Assembly: GCA_965235115.1 (NCBI GenBank)
Contig: OZ249436.1
Span: 28,088,001-28,152,000, forward strand
Reading direction: 5' to 3'
From: Laetmonice hystrix
Lineage: Eukaryota
Length of the DNA: 64,000 nucleotides
Shown here: positions 12,953 to 25,147 of the stretch, one piece after another
Layout of the letters: every line of letters begins with the position of its first letter
How positions within the stretch are numbered: position 1 is the stretch's first letter
Position numbers and translations under genes: made by a program
Notes under the pieces: model-generated
The model's database searches: none
What the model was told of the DNA's origin: nothing
What the model saw: the letters and a program-made list of their open reading frames with translations, nothing else

Positions 12953-15025
12953 AGAGCTCGGACTCAGTGCCAGTCAGCCGGTCTGGGGGAGGGTACGGAA
13001 CAGAGCTCCGACTGACTGCCAGTCAGCCGGTCTGGGCGGGGGGAGGGTACGGAACAGAGCTCCGACTGACTGCCAGTCAGCCGGTCTGGGCGGGGGGAGG
13101 GTACGGAACAGAGCTCCGACTGACTGCCAGTCAGCCGGTCTGGGCGGGGAGGGTACGGAACAGAGCTCCGACTGACTGCCAGTCAGCCGGTCTGGTGGAG
13201 GGGACGGAACAGAGCTCCGACTGACTGCCAGTCAGCCGGTCTGGTGGAGGGGACGGAACAGAGCTCCGACTGACTGCCAGTCAGCCGGTCTGGGGGAGGG
13301 GACGGAACAGAGCTCCGACTGACTGTCAGTCAGCCGGTCTGGGCGGGGAGGGTACGGAACAGAGCTCCGACTGACTGCCAGTCAGCCGGTCTGGTGGAGG
13401 GGACGGAACAGAGCTCCGACTGACTGCCAGTCAGCCGGTCTGGTGGAGGGGACGGAACAGAGCTCCGACTGACTGCCAGTCAGCCGGTCTGGTGGAGGGG
13501 ACGGAACAGAGCTCCGACTGGACTGACTGCCAGTCAGCCGGTCTGGGCGGGGGAGGGCACGGAACAGAGCTCCGACTGACTGCCAGTCAGCCGGTCTGGG
13601 CGGGGAGGGTACGGAACAGAGCTCCGACTGGACCGACTGCCAGTCAGCCGGTCTGGGCGGGGAGGGTACGGAACAGAGCTCCGACTGGACCGACTGCCAG
13701 TCAGCCGGTCTGGGCGGGGAGGGCACGGAACAGAGCTCCGACTGGACTGACTGCCAGTCAGCCGGTCTGGTGAAGGGTACGGAACAGAGCTCCGACTGAC
13801 TGCCAGTCAGTCGGTCTGGGGGAGGGCACGGAACAGAGCTCTGACTGGACTGACTGCCAGTCAGCCGGTCTGGTGGAGGGGACGGAACAGAGCTCCGACT
13901 GGACTGACTGCCAGACAGCCGGTCTGGGGGAGGGGACGGAACAGAGCTCCGACTGGACTGACTGCCAGTCAGCTGGTCTGGGGGAGGGGACGGAACAGAG
14001 CTCCGACTGACTGCCAGTCAGCCGGTCTGGGGGAGGGGACGGAACAGAGCTCCGACTGGACTGACTGCCAGTCAGCCGGTCTGGTGGAGGGTACGGAACA
14101 GAGCTCCGACTGGACCGACTGCCAGTCAGCCGGTCTGGGCGGGGGAGGGTAGGCCTACGGAACAGAGCTCCGACTGGACTGACTGCCAGTCAGCCGGTCT
14201 GGTGGAGGGTACGGAACAGAGCTCCGACTGACTGCCAGTCAGCCGGTCTGGGGGAGGGTACGGAACAGAGCTCCGACTGACTGCCAGTCAGCCGGTCTGG
14301 GGGAGGGCACGAAACAGAGCTCCGACTGACTGCCAGTCAGCCGGTCTGGGAGAGGGCACGGAACAGAGCTCCGACTGACTGCCAGTCAGCCGGTCTGGGG
14401 GAGGGTACGGAACAGAGCTCGGACTCACTGCCAGTCAGCCGGTCTGGGGGAGGGTACGGAACAGAGCTCGGACTGACTGCCAGTCAGGCGGTCTGGGCGG
14501 GGAGGGTACGGAACAGAGCTCCGACTAGACCGACTGCCAGTCAACAGGTCTGGGCGGGGAGGGCACGGAACAGACTGACTGCCAGTCAGCCGGTCTGGGC
14601 GGGGAGGGCACGGAACAGACTGACTGCCAGTCAGCCGGTCTGGGCGGGGAGGGCACGGAACAGAGCTCCGACTGGACCGACTGCCAGTCAGCCGGTCTGG
14701 GCGGGGAGGGTACGGAACAGAGCTCCGACTAGACCGACTGCCAGTCAACAGGTCTGGGCGGGGAGGGCACGGAACAGACTGACTGCCAGTCAACCGGTCT
14801 GGGCGGGGAGGGCACGGAACAGACTGACTGCCAGTCAGCCGGTCTGGGCGGGGAGGGCACGGAACAGAGCTCCGACTGGACTGACTTCCAGTCAGCCGGT
14901 CTGGGGGAGGGCACGGAACAGTGCTCCGACTGGACCGACTCAGTGCCAGTCAGCCGGTCTGTGCGGGGGAGGACACGGAACAGAGCTCCGACTGGACCGA
15001 CTCAGTGCCAGTCAGCTGGTCTGGG
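12953..15025. repeat. GC-rich minisatellite, 48-57-bp unit (about 40 units)
   Basis: gactgactgccagtcagccggtctgggcggggagggtacggaacagagctcc variants. Confidence 0.97.
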
Positions 15026-15360
15026 GTAGGAGGGTCAGAGAGGTGGGCAGTTCTTTGCTTTCCTAGGCGAGCTGATAGATGATCATGCATGCCTCCACTG
15101 ATCCCTTGCCTTCAATCGGATGTAGCCTACCGTTACCCATCTTAAACGTTCCTCGCCAAGTTTACGGTGCTATTTTTAGGCTTGCCTTCTTATTGATTTT
15201 CATGGCTTCTATTGACGCCAGTGGAATTTATGCCATTGTTTGTGCACCGGCACTGGATGCTGCCTTTATTTACCTTCTGTCTGGCTTTCAATTCTATTAT
15301 TCCACACCAACTTTAAGTCGATTAAAACATGGGTCCACACGGAGACTTAAAAATAGTTAC

Positions 15361-15609
15361 CTTCCAAACCGCCAGGTGTCAGTGTGATTTCAAACTGTTC
15401 GGCGAACTCCCTCAGTCCGTCATCGACCACCGTCACATTGATAGTACTCCGTCCGACACCAGACGGCAGCACCAACTCCCCGCTTGGCAGCAAGAAGTCA
15501 GCACCAGCCAAGGCGGTACCGTTAGATACGGTATATCGTAACCGAACATCTCCGAATGTTCCCGGTCCTCGAATCACTGGCACCATGGCAATACCGTTCT
15601 GTTCGTACG
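15361..15609 (-). CDS. ADGRV1: ADGRV1 exon (YEQNG...GGLE), Calx-beta
   Basis: gtcag| acceptor, aag|gtaact donor; GTALAGADF and VVDDGLREFAEQF motifs. Confidence 0.92.
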
Positions 15610-15954
15610 CTGACACAAGTAAACACATGAATTGTACTGGAAACATTATAATGGAGGGATATGAATTGTGCAATACAGAATGAAAATTATGTGTTATGTG
15701 CTCAGGGTTTCCTGCAGAACTTTTTTTTTTGGGGGGGGGGGGGGGCGCCTCCGAAGTAAAACCTGTTTTTCACCTCAAAAATTGCTCTGGCATTTTTAAA
15801 ATGACTACCCACAGCATCTGAAGGTCCTTTACCTTCCGTGCTATTTTAAAATTTGATTCTAATATCATCCAATCGCAATCATAGAACCCCTACAAGGTAG
15901 GCACAATTATAGGCCTAAAAATATTAGAATACGAAATAAAGAGCCAAAATATAC

Positions 15955-16100
15955 CAATGAAGTTGGCCGCTTCTGGTGCAAACTCGACGATTCCTTCAGC
16001 GTTGTCGTTCTTGTCAATGATGACTTTTTTAAAGTTACGAGGTCCGATCTGTGGGGGGAGGTCGAGCTGGAGGCCCGACACTACAGTGTAATTATTGTCC
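15955..16100 (-). CDS. ADGRV1: ADGRV1 exon (DNNYTVV...NDNAEGIVEFAPEAANFI)
   Basis: tttcag| acceptor, ttg|gtatat donor; phases match neighbours. Confidence 0.9.
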
Positions 16101-16452
16101 CTGAAAACAAACAATAAACACCTTCAAGTCTACTTCAATTGTCATAAGTCGCTTCCTATATATTCTTGCTGATCAACAGTGAAACAGCATCATTCGACAT
16201 CGGCGCAAGTTACGACCTTATGTCTCAGACAACAACCGGGATCTTAGTGCACGCAGGTCGATCTTAGCGCACGCAGGTCGATCTTAGCGCACGCAGGCCG
16301 ATAAGCACGGGCAGTAGGGGCAGAGCGCCCTTGAAAAATATATTCCCAAGGCACAAATTTCTTTCCATCTCTGTACACCGGAACCCCCTGCTCAGAATGA
16401 TCCCTCCCCCAGGCTACGGTGTCCTATAAGCACATTTCTCGTGCCCACTTAC

Positions 16453-16700
16453 AGCGGTTGCTGGAGTTCTATGGTCGTGAGGTTGATGAAGAAGTACTCA
16501 GGTCCTTCAGACCGTACGTCGTTGACGATATCAATGGCGACTGTCTGTCGTCTCTGGTTGTCTGCAAACACCAGGAACTCAGTCCTCCTCTTGAAGTCGG
16601 GAGTAAGAGTCCTGTCTGAGACGGCCGTACCTGGGGTGGTGGTGTACCCGACCCTAACCTGACCAAGGCTACCAAACTCTCTCTGTACGGGAACCGTTAC
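16453..16700 (-). CDS. ADGRV1: ADGRV1 exon (VTVPVQREFG...ELQQP), Calx-beta
   Basis: ttgcag| acceptor, gct|gtaagt donor. Confidence 0.92.
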
Positions 16701-16842
16701 CTGCAACAGACAGAGAACATAGTGAGAGGCACTCATACTCATAACGTATGCCGAAGCAGGGTAGATCGAAGATTAAGGAGTTAGACTCAACAGAATTGAG
16801 ACTCAGTTTTAACTCCGATAACTCCAACCTGCTTGGACGGAC

Positions 16843-17031
16843 CTGCATGGCATCCTCGGACACGGTGATCTCCTGAGGAGTTCCGAACTCAAAGAGGCCG
16901 TGCGGGTGGTCGCTGGCCATAAACATGATGTCAGCCGTCTTGGAGTTCCGTTCCAAGGTGGCGTTGTTGGTGGCTGAGGTGAGCTCCAAGATGAACGTTT
17001 GCCGTGGTTCCGGGGTATTGTCATCTTTAGC
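16843..17031 (-). CDS. ADGRV1: ADGRV1 exon (AKDDNTPEP...EDAMQ)
   Basis: tttcag| acceptor, cag|gtccgt donor; 63 codons. Confidence 0.9.
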
Positions 17032-17407
17032 CTGAAACCGACCACATTTAGTCTGAACTTGACGAATCTTGATAGTATCATCTTATTCCGTATGTCTTTG
17101 AAACAATATCACTTGTAACCATTTGGTACTGCATGCACTGTCCCCGGGTTTAGCCTAAAACAAAACTCGACTTTTAAATATGAAGTGAGAAAAATGATCA
17201 GTGGGGAGATCACACCGAAAGCCAGGCTCTCATGTATTTTTGGTGGTTTCTGCATATTTCACCGCAGGGCTTATCTTCAGTTCCAAATAACCCTAGGGCT
17301 TGCCTTTAGAAATAGCGACTGACAAAGAAGATGCGATAGGCAAAATATCTGAGAGGCAATGGCATTGGTGGATCCAGGACTTTCAAAATGGGGTGCGCCC
17401 CTGCAAC

Positions 17408-17701
17408 TCCGTCACTAAATGGGACGCAACCATTATTGTGCTCCAAATCCCTCCCCGTGGTCAATTATACCCGGAGACGGCTGTTGAACACCGTTAAACC
17501 ATCTTTACCACTACTCTATACCCCAATTGCTGTCACAGATCAGGTTTACCGCCCCTATAAATCCGTCACTAAATGGGACGCAACCATTATTACCCCAAAT
17601 CCCTCCCTGTGGTCAATTATACCCGGAGAAGGGTGTTGAACACCGTTAAACCATCTTTACCACTACTCTATACCCCAATTGCTGTCACAGACTCCGTTTA
17701 C
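17408..17701. repeat. Two-copy tandem duplication (period 154 bp) abutting a donor
   Basis: tccgtcactaaatgggacgcaacc...gctgtcacaga...gtttacc at 17408 and 17562. Confidence 0.9.
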
Positions 17702-17899
17702 CTGAATGGTGATAAGAGTAGTGTCCAGTTGGTCAGTGAATGAGACCACTCCCCTGTTCTGTACGAAGGCCTCCGGATCCCGCGGTACGATCTGCCACTC
17801 CACCTGGACCAGACCAAACGTCCCCATGGCCCTCCGGACTTCAATCTGAGCGCGACCGTCGTAACTTATACTCGGCTCACCCAGCATCACAAACCGCGA
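17702..17899 (-). CDS. ADGRV1: ADGRV1 exon (SRFVMLGEPS...LITIQ)
   Basis: tttcag| acceptor, cag|gtaaac donor; 66 codons. Confidence 0.92.
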
Positions 17900-18127
17900 C
17901 TGAAACAATTCAAATGGAATAGAAAAATGGAAAATGAAGAAAGGTTACCTTTGGGCATTCAGTGTAGGCATATCGTAGGAAAACTAGATGAACTTTGGTG
18001 CACGCTACCTTTTTGTTAGCTTTCATAGTTTTTTTTGCGAGATCAATTTGGAGGTAAAATACATAACATTTTTCAAATCAAGCGACTGACGGCTAGAATC
18101 TATTTTTAAGCACTCATCAGCACGGAG

Positions 18128-18771
18128 ATCACCCACCTCGGGGTTATGGAGATAATACCTACACTTTTACCAAAATCATCACCCACCTCGACAGCTATGG
18201 AGATAATACCTACACTTTTACCAAAATTATCACCCACCTTGGCAGCTATGGGGACAATGCCTACACTTATACCAAAATTATCACCCACCTCGGCAGTTAT
18301 GGGGACAATGCCTACACTTTTACCAAAATCATCACCCACCTCGGCAGCTATGGAGATAATACCTACACTTTTACCAAAATCATCACCCACCTCGGCAGCT
18401 ATGGAGATAATACCTACACTTTTACCAAAATCATTACCCACCTCGGCAGCTATGGAGATAATACCTACACTTTTACCAAAATCATCACCCACCTCGGCAG
18501 CTATGGAGATAATGCCTACACTTTTACCAAAATCATCACCCACCTCGGGAGCTATGGAGATAATGCCTACACTTTTACCAAAATCATCACCCACCTCGGG
18601 AGCTATGGAGATAATGCCTACACTTTTACCAAAATCATCACCCACCTCGGCAGCTATGGAGATAATACCTACACTTTTACCAAAATCATCACCCACCTCG
18701 GCAGCTATGGAGATAATACCTACACTTTTACCAAAATCATCACCCACCTCGGCAGCTATGGAAATGATGCC
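18128..18771. repeat. 51-bp tandem repeat (12 units) spanning a donor, in frame with the exon
   Basis: Sense unit gtgggtgatgattttggtaaaagtgtaggtattatctccatagctgccgag. Confidence 0.97.
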
Positions 18772-18930
18772 GCTAGCGCCAGGGTCGGCCAGGATGACGA
18801 CTGTAGCGTCACCAGCTGTGGGAGAGATGTCGCCTCTATCGGCCGACACCAGTGACAGGGTGTACCTTTCCTCTCCCTCCACCACTGTGTCAGGTAGTGT
18901 CCGTAGGGTGATCCTCTTGTACTGTTCAGC
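18748..18930 (-). CDS. ADGRV1: ADGRV1 exon (AEQYKRITL...GIISIAAE)
   Basis: atgcag| acceptor, gag|gtgggt proximal donor; 61 codons; further in-frame donors follow in the array. Confidence 0.88.
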
Positions 18931-19330
18931 CTGCATCAAACCAAGGACAGTGCTGTCAAACTCACATGTCAATACATACTCGGCTTGCTTGATTTCAATG
19001 CAAGTTTTAATTCTGCCTGAATTATAAAGCTGACAGTATCCTGACATTCACAGTACCAAGTGCTTTCAAACTTATTTTAATGTTTGAATCATAATAAAGG
19101 GCTGTATCTGTCAGCAGGGGACAGGGATCAGTACCCCTCCTACTTATCGGAAATGTTCTTATAAATCAACAGATATATTGCTTTAATAACAACTGTTCCT
19201 ATTATCTACCTCAGTCTGCCCCAGCGCTGTGGTCACTGGTTCATGTACTGCTAGCGATATTTTAACTCATGCCTTGTCTGTTTGATAATAAACATCCCCC
19301 TCACAATTAATGCAGAGAAATGATTCGTAC

Positions 19331-19495
19331 CGGGCCAAAGGTCAGAGTTCCCTGTAGTGGGAGTTGGAAGTCGTCGACAGCGGCGGCACTCAGTCTCCAC
19401 CTTACGTTGACGACGCCTTCCGTACCACGGCGCTGAACGTCAAACACTACACGTCCTCGGGGGTCATCCGACGTCACTGACTCGCGCACACTTTT
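19331..19495 (-). CDS. ADGRV1: ADGRV1 exon (KSVRES...GTLTFGP)
   Basis: ttgtag| acceptor, ccg|gtacga donor; 55 codons. Confidence 0.9.
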
Positions 19496-20464
19496 CTACA
19501 AGGATAATGCAAATTATGTGGTGTGTTTCAAATCAGCTTTCAGCTTGTTCGATGTGTTTTAAGTGAGAAAATAACCAATGGAGTTTAAAGGCAATACATG
19601 CAGGATAACACACAAGATCTGTGCTCTGAACCCAATGGGCATGATTAAATACTGGAACCACTGAGACATAATTTAATCTGAGACATTTTCACAATTATAA
19701 CTTTGACTCAACCTTATATCAGACAAGGAATCATTTTCAATAACATTGGTTTCAACTCTACCCTAGATTTGTAAGTTTTGAAAGGTTTTAGTAGATAATA
19801 TATTTTTTAAACCTATATTTCTAGAGATAAAAGCGCCAACAACAGGAGGGGAGGGACTAGAGGAGGGGAGGGAGTCTTTACCTATGAATCTAAGACTGGA
19901 AAAATGCATATCAAACATGAAAAGTTAAATTGCATTCCGATGCTCTGTGATACTTCACTGACATACAGAAAAGTCTTTGTGAAGGGTTTTGAAAGCTTGA
20001 ATTTTCAGATTACACTATGAAGAAAATAAAATTGGTGGAGGGATCTTGAGTGATGTCAAGTTGTGCCATAAAGCAAGTTATTCATAACTTTACATCACGT
20101 CACTTACCTCAAGTTCCCCCTTCAAGATCAGAACAAAGCAATGTATGTCTCAAATTTCCCATTCCATCATTTCAAGACACAACAAAATCACATCTTACGA
20201 CTCATTATCCACGCATTTTTGTTCAAATTCAGCCAGACTCGTTGGCTTTATCAAGTCAGGTAACAGTAGTATCATGTAGCCGGCGATGTTATTTTGAAAG
20301 AAATTATAATGATTGTACCATAAGTTTCCATTAATTTCAGGATGCCTGTTTGCATGTGTTCCTGGATTTTCCGTACCGAAGTGATGCACAATTAAAACTG
20401 AACGTCACGACTCTTTGAATAGACTATCATTCAATCTGGATCCACATTTTCTGTAGTCCTAACC

Positions 20465-21292
20465 TATATTCTACTTCTGAATGTCACTGCCTACCTGTGT
20501 TATATTCTACTTCTGAATGTCACTGCCTACCTGTGTTATATTTTACTTCTGGATGTCACTGCCTACCTGTGTTATATTCTACTTCTGAATGTCACTGCCT
20601 ACCTGTGTTATATTCTACATTTGAATGTCGCTGCCTACCTGTGTTATATTCTACTTCTGAATATCACTGCCTCCCTGTGTTATATTCTACTTCTGAATAT
20701 CACTGCCTCCCTGTGTTATATTCTACTTCTGAATATCACTGCCTCCCTGTGTTATATTCTACGTTTGAATGTCACTGCCTACCTGTGTTATATTCTACTT
20801 TTGAATGTCACTGCTTACTTGTGTTATAGTCTACTTCTGAATGTCACTGCCTACCTGTGTTATATTCTACTTCTGAATGTCACTGCCTACCTGTGTTATA
20901 TTCTACTTCTGAATGTCACTGCCTACCTGTGTTATATTCTACTTCTGAATGTCACTGCTTACTTGTGTTATAGTCTACTTCTGAATGTCACTGCTTACCT
21001 GTGTTATATTCTACTTCTGAATGTCACTGCCTACCTGTGTTATAGTCTACTTCTGAATGTCACTGCCTACCTGTGTTATATTCTACTTCTGAATGTCACT
21101 ACCTACCTGTGTTATAGTCCACTTCTGAATGTCACTGCCTACCTGTGTTATATTCTACTTCTGAATGTCACTGCCTACCTGTGTTATATTCTACTTCTGA
21201 ATGCCACTGCCTACCTGTGTTATATTCTACTTCTGAATGTCGCTGCCTACCTGTGTTATATTCTACTTCTGAATGTCACCGCCTACCTGTGT
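20465..21292. repeat. 36-bp tandem repeat (about 23 units) spanning a donor
   Basis: Sense unit gtaggcagtgacattcagaagtagaatataacacag. Confidence 0.97.
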
Positions 21293-21412
21293 CGGTACAA
21301 AGGAGAAGATACCACTGGGCGAGTCGTTTTGAAGGATTCCAACCAGAACCATGTTTTCTGAACCCAAGGTTGCATCACCAGAGGCCACCCTTGCCAGCTT
21401 AACTTCGAAAGT
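21287..21412 (-). CDS. ADGRV1: ADGRV1 exon (TFEVKL...NDSPSGIFSFVPTQ)
   Basis: ttacag| acceptor, cag|gtaggc donor; 42 codons; not in the ORF track. Confidence 0.9.
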
Positions 21413-21716
21413 CTGTAAAAAGGGGCAAAATTCATACTATCAAAACATCACTAACATCTGCAGTTATTTTAACATTTTAACCGTAACACAAAAAATAACA
21501 TAACACTAAGAGTAGAATACCAGCAAGCAAAATGTAGCAACCACTCCACTCTCTTGTATATCCCATTTATGTACTTGAGATTTACAATCGGGATTAAAGG
21601 ATTTATGCTAGAAATCTATGACGTACAAGAACGGATGGTAAAACCAACTGATAAAGTTCCACATGACAATTTTTATTTTATTATCTCCACATCCAATCAC
21701 ACCAGCCCTACACTAC

Positions 21717-21947
21717 CTGTATGGCCTCCGGTAGGTCGTCGTCCACGATGTCCACCTCTATGAACGCCTCCCGCTCACCCTCGCCGAACGTTACGGTCCC
21801 GGCGGGCGGACGGTAGTCGTCGCTAGTCGCCTCGCGTGGGGTCGTCTCCCAGGCAACCACTACCTCCCCAAACAGACCCTGACTCCGGACAACGGCCAGG
21901 CGGAGGGGTGGGCTGCCTTCAAACGTATCCACTCGGCCAAGGTTGTT
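21717..21947 (-). CDS. ADGRV1: ADGRV1 exon (NNLGRVDTFE...DDDLPEAIQ), Calx-beta
   Basis: ccacag| acceptor, cag|gtagtg donor; 77 codons. Confidence 0.92.
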
Positions 21948-22404
21948 CTGTGGGCAGGGCAACTCGATATAACTCTGTTCATCTGAGGATTCACTGGTCA
22001 TGCACTGTGGACAGTGCTCTTCTTCGTTCTGGTCATATCCCGGCTGAGGTTACCCGCACATTTTCTCTGTTATCTTTAGTAGGCCTACGTTAACGCATAT
22101 TTTTGAACAACTAAAAATGTATAGGGGTGTTAACGCGCATATATTAACATTTATTGTATAGTCTCAAAAGTTTGCGTAAAAAGCAAAGCAGAGAAAGTTG
22201 CATTTTCTTGTAGCCCCAGCCTTACCGTAGGCCTAACTTGAGATGTTTTATTTCAAAAGCTATAATCCTTGAAAAGAAATATTTCCTTTTTCCTATCATT
22301 TGCATTGAAGTCTTAATATTCACTGATATGAGTTTTGTAAGGTAAATTTCCATTCTACAAAAAACTGTTCCCATTTCGCCTCTGTGTTTGTAATATAAGC
22401 CGAC

Positions 22405-22581
22405 CTTGACGACGCCGAACTCAATGACGCCGCCCGGGCTATCGTTACTCCCGATGACGACTGACGCCACCTGGCCGGGCCTCCTGATGCTCGCCCCGAC
22501 ACCCACTACGGTGGCGCCCCCTATCACCTGCACGTCTGTAAGGTTCACCAGGAATGTCTCGTCCACCTCGGGAATCTCGTC
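22405..22581 (-). CDS. ADGRV1: ADGRV1 exon (DEIPEVDETF...IEFGVVK)
   Basis: ccacag| acceptor, aag|gtcggc donor; 59 codons. Confidence 0.9.
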
Positions 22582-22720
22582 CTGTGGAGCATGGGGGTAG
22601 CCATTGCAAGAGTCATATACATGACCGGCTTTAGCAGCTTAAGGTCAATGTTTAGACATCCAATACTCACAATTCATACGTACGCCTGTGTGAAATATTG
22701 TATTTGCTTAAAGCGTACAG

Positions 22721-22888
22721 GGCCCGGTTTCAGAAAGGTTAGCATGATCTTAACTAAGCTCTGCTTAGCCTGTTAGGACCCCTGATTGGCTGGTTGAAGC
22801 TGAGCAGCAGAGGACCAGCCAATCAGGGGTCCTAAAAGGCTAAGCAGAGCTTAAGTTAAGATCATGCTAACCTTTCTGAAACCGGGCC
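22721..22888. mobile_element. Hairpin MITE, PIF/Harbinger-like
   Basis: Near-perfect arms of about 75 bp (ggcccggtttcagaaaggttagcatgatctt...); CAG duplicated on both sides. Confidence 0.85.
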
Positions 22889-23037
22889 CAGATAATAATT
22901 TGCTCTGAATCAAAGATATTTCGACCAATTCAAAGGGGTCTTTCACAAAATGTTATGTAGCATTTAACGTAGAATGATAATAATGTTGGAAGAATTAGAG
23001 TACATCAAATCTGAGTAACCGGCCGAAGTGGCCTTAC

Positions 23038-23167
23038 CTCCAGTATGACGACATTAACGGAGGCCGAGGTTACACCACTGTCCAGGTCCACAGTCCCCTG
23101 GACTGGTCTGTAGTCCAGTCCTGACACGGCCTGGTTCTCTGGTGGCAGACGACTCGCAATGGACGAT
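23038..23167 (-). CDS. ADGRV1: ADGRV1 exon (SSIASRLPP...VNVVILE)
   Basis: tcacag| acceptor, gag|gtaagg donor; AVSGLDY motif; not in the ORF track. Confidence 0.9.
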
Positions 23168-23319
23168 CTGTGAGGAAAATAATGTTTTCATTCTTTGATT
23201 GACATGCCTTTAGTTTAAAAATCAGACTCTATTTTCTCAACGCCTAGCTCAGAATAAAAAGGAAAGACCACCAGCTGCGAGCTGTGAAGTTTTTGACGTA
23301 ACGTCATGACGTGACGTAC

Positions 23320-23485
23320 ATGTATCCGACCCTGATCCTGCCGACGCTGCCCTGTGTCCGGGTGACGTGTAACGTGACGCTCGTCCCGCTCCCCTCCCTG
23401 ACGACGTAACTGGTCTTGTTCCACGCGACTGTTCCATATGGAGAGTCGTTGGCCATGACTGTCACACGGGACGCACTGCGCTGAC
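23320..23485 (-). CDS. ADGRV1: ADGRV1 exon (QRSASRVTVMANDSPYG...IRVGY)
   Basis: tcccag| acceptor, cat|gtacgt donor; phase 1/2. Confidence 0.9.
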
Positions 23486-23648
23486 CTGGGATTGAGATGG
23501 ATGTGAGTCATTGTAACAACCTTCAAATAACACTGGAGACGTCAAGCCAATACCTGGACAGCCAAGAAAATATAGCTTTCTGGCCATATCTTTTCGAAAT
23601 GTCTTCGGAGAGAAGAAAGAGAGCACTTGGTACGTGGAGGAGACTGAC

Positions 23649-23796
23649 CTATTTTAGCGCCCCTGCCGGGTACGTTGGTACCTGGCTCTATGACTTCGGC
23701 CAGCGAGATGAGTGACACCTCGTCATTCTCCGGCAGGGAATCATCCTTGATGGTGAGGGTAACGGTGGCCACTGTCTGACCCTCAGCAAACTCCAC
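23649..23796 (-). CDS. ADGRV1: ADGRV1 exon (VEFAEGQ...GRGAKI)
   Basis: atgtag| acceptor, tag|gtcagt donor; KDDSLPENDE motif. Confidence 0.92.
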
Positions 23797-24081
23797 CTAC
23801 ATAAACAACCCAATACGGTGGGCAATAAGTTGTCACTGACAGTGACAGGAAGATCTAGTACATGTAGTTTACTGCTCCCAGCTGTCAAGCGAAGCTAGTA
23901 AGCAAGTTTGAAATGTAAAAAAATACACATTCCTCCCATATGTGCTCAAAGCGTAAGAAGGATATCATTTCGTTCCCTTGAAAGAACTTCTTCGTCCCTT
24001 TAAAAACTTGTTAAAGCATACTCTGTAAATAAACAAATTCAATCAATCAATCAATCAATCAATCACAAACTAACACCTCAC

Positions 24082-24240
24082 CTGTCCTTCATTAGGTGTG
24101 AGGTCAAAGCGCCCATTGTGGACTCCTTCAGCCTTCCAGCTGATTACAACACGTCCACTACTTCCTCGGTTACGGACCACGTTCAGCTGGATAATGTGGT
24201 CCCTGCCTGGCACCTCCTCCTCGTATCTTTCTACCGAGTC
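24082..24240 (-). CDS. ADGRV1: ADGRV1 exon (DSVERYEEE...DLTPNEGQ)
   Basis: ttatag| acceptor, cag|gtgagg donor; 53 codons. Confidence 0.9.
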
Positions 24241-24455
24241 CTATAATTACACAAACAACAATTTCAGGAAATGTGCATACTATGGAAAATGTTAAGAAAT
24301 AAGAAAAATAAACGCTGTTTTGCTCACATCATAGTCATATTCACTCTTAAGTTAGAATAACAAATATGAATGAGACTATTTTCAAGAGCACCAATATAGA
24401 CATGGAAATTCGTCAGACAACTGATACTATTCACATCGCTTTCTGACGTAAATAC

Positions 24456-24660
24456 CTCAGCAAACTCGATCACACCATGTCCGTCGTCATTGGACAATAT
24501 TCTGATAACGACTTCCTTGTTCTGTCCGAGCTCAGCGCCACCTCGTGGGTTGGTCAGTTCCACCGCAAACGATTCTGTGTCCTCTGGGACATCGTCCTCT
24601 AACACCACCACTGACGTCCTCAGGAACGTCTGGCCTCTCCCAAACGTCAATGTTATTGCT
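24456..24660 (-). CDS. ADGRV1: ADGRV1 exon (AITLTFG...GVIEFAE), Calx-beta
   Basis: ttgcag| acceptor, gag|gtattt donor; EDDVPEDTESF motif. Confidence 0.92.
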
Positions 24661-24900
24661 CTGCAACAGTGTTGATAATTCTGAGTAATAATACTAAAAG
24701 AACGTACATACGTACGAATATATACGTTTTGATTTAGCCAAATAGCAGTTTGTCTAGGGGCAGGCGTTTTCACAAAATTAAGCGTGAAAACCTTTTGGAG
24801 TACATTATAATATTTGAGGGAAGTCTCCACCAAAACGGGCCTGTAGGAAACACTGATTAGTAGTACTCAATGTTCTAAAACTGAACACAAATCTGCTTAC

Positions 24901-25147
24901 CTGTGAATATAGTCGCTGTCGCCTACATTGACAGTAGCCAGCTGGTATATATCGACCGTGGACATGCCTGAGACGTTGTAAGGGCGGGCTTCGACCATCA
25001 GAGTGAGCGGACCGGCTCTCTGGTCGACCGTGACCGGGTAGAGGTCCTGTAGAGGTCGCCCGTCCCATGTCTTCCTAAACTCCCCCACTGAGTCGTCCCA
25101 CGAGTACACCACCGAACTGCTCTTCAACATGGCAATGCTCAGATGGA
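24901..25147 (-). CDS. ADGRV1: ADGRV1 exon, end of EAR region (HLSIAM...DSDYIH)
   Basis: ctgcag| acceptor, cag|gtaagc donor; SSVVYSWD EAR-like motif. Confidence 0.88.
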
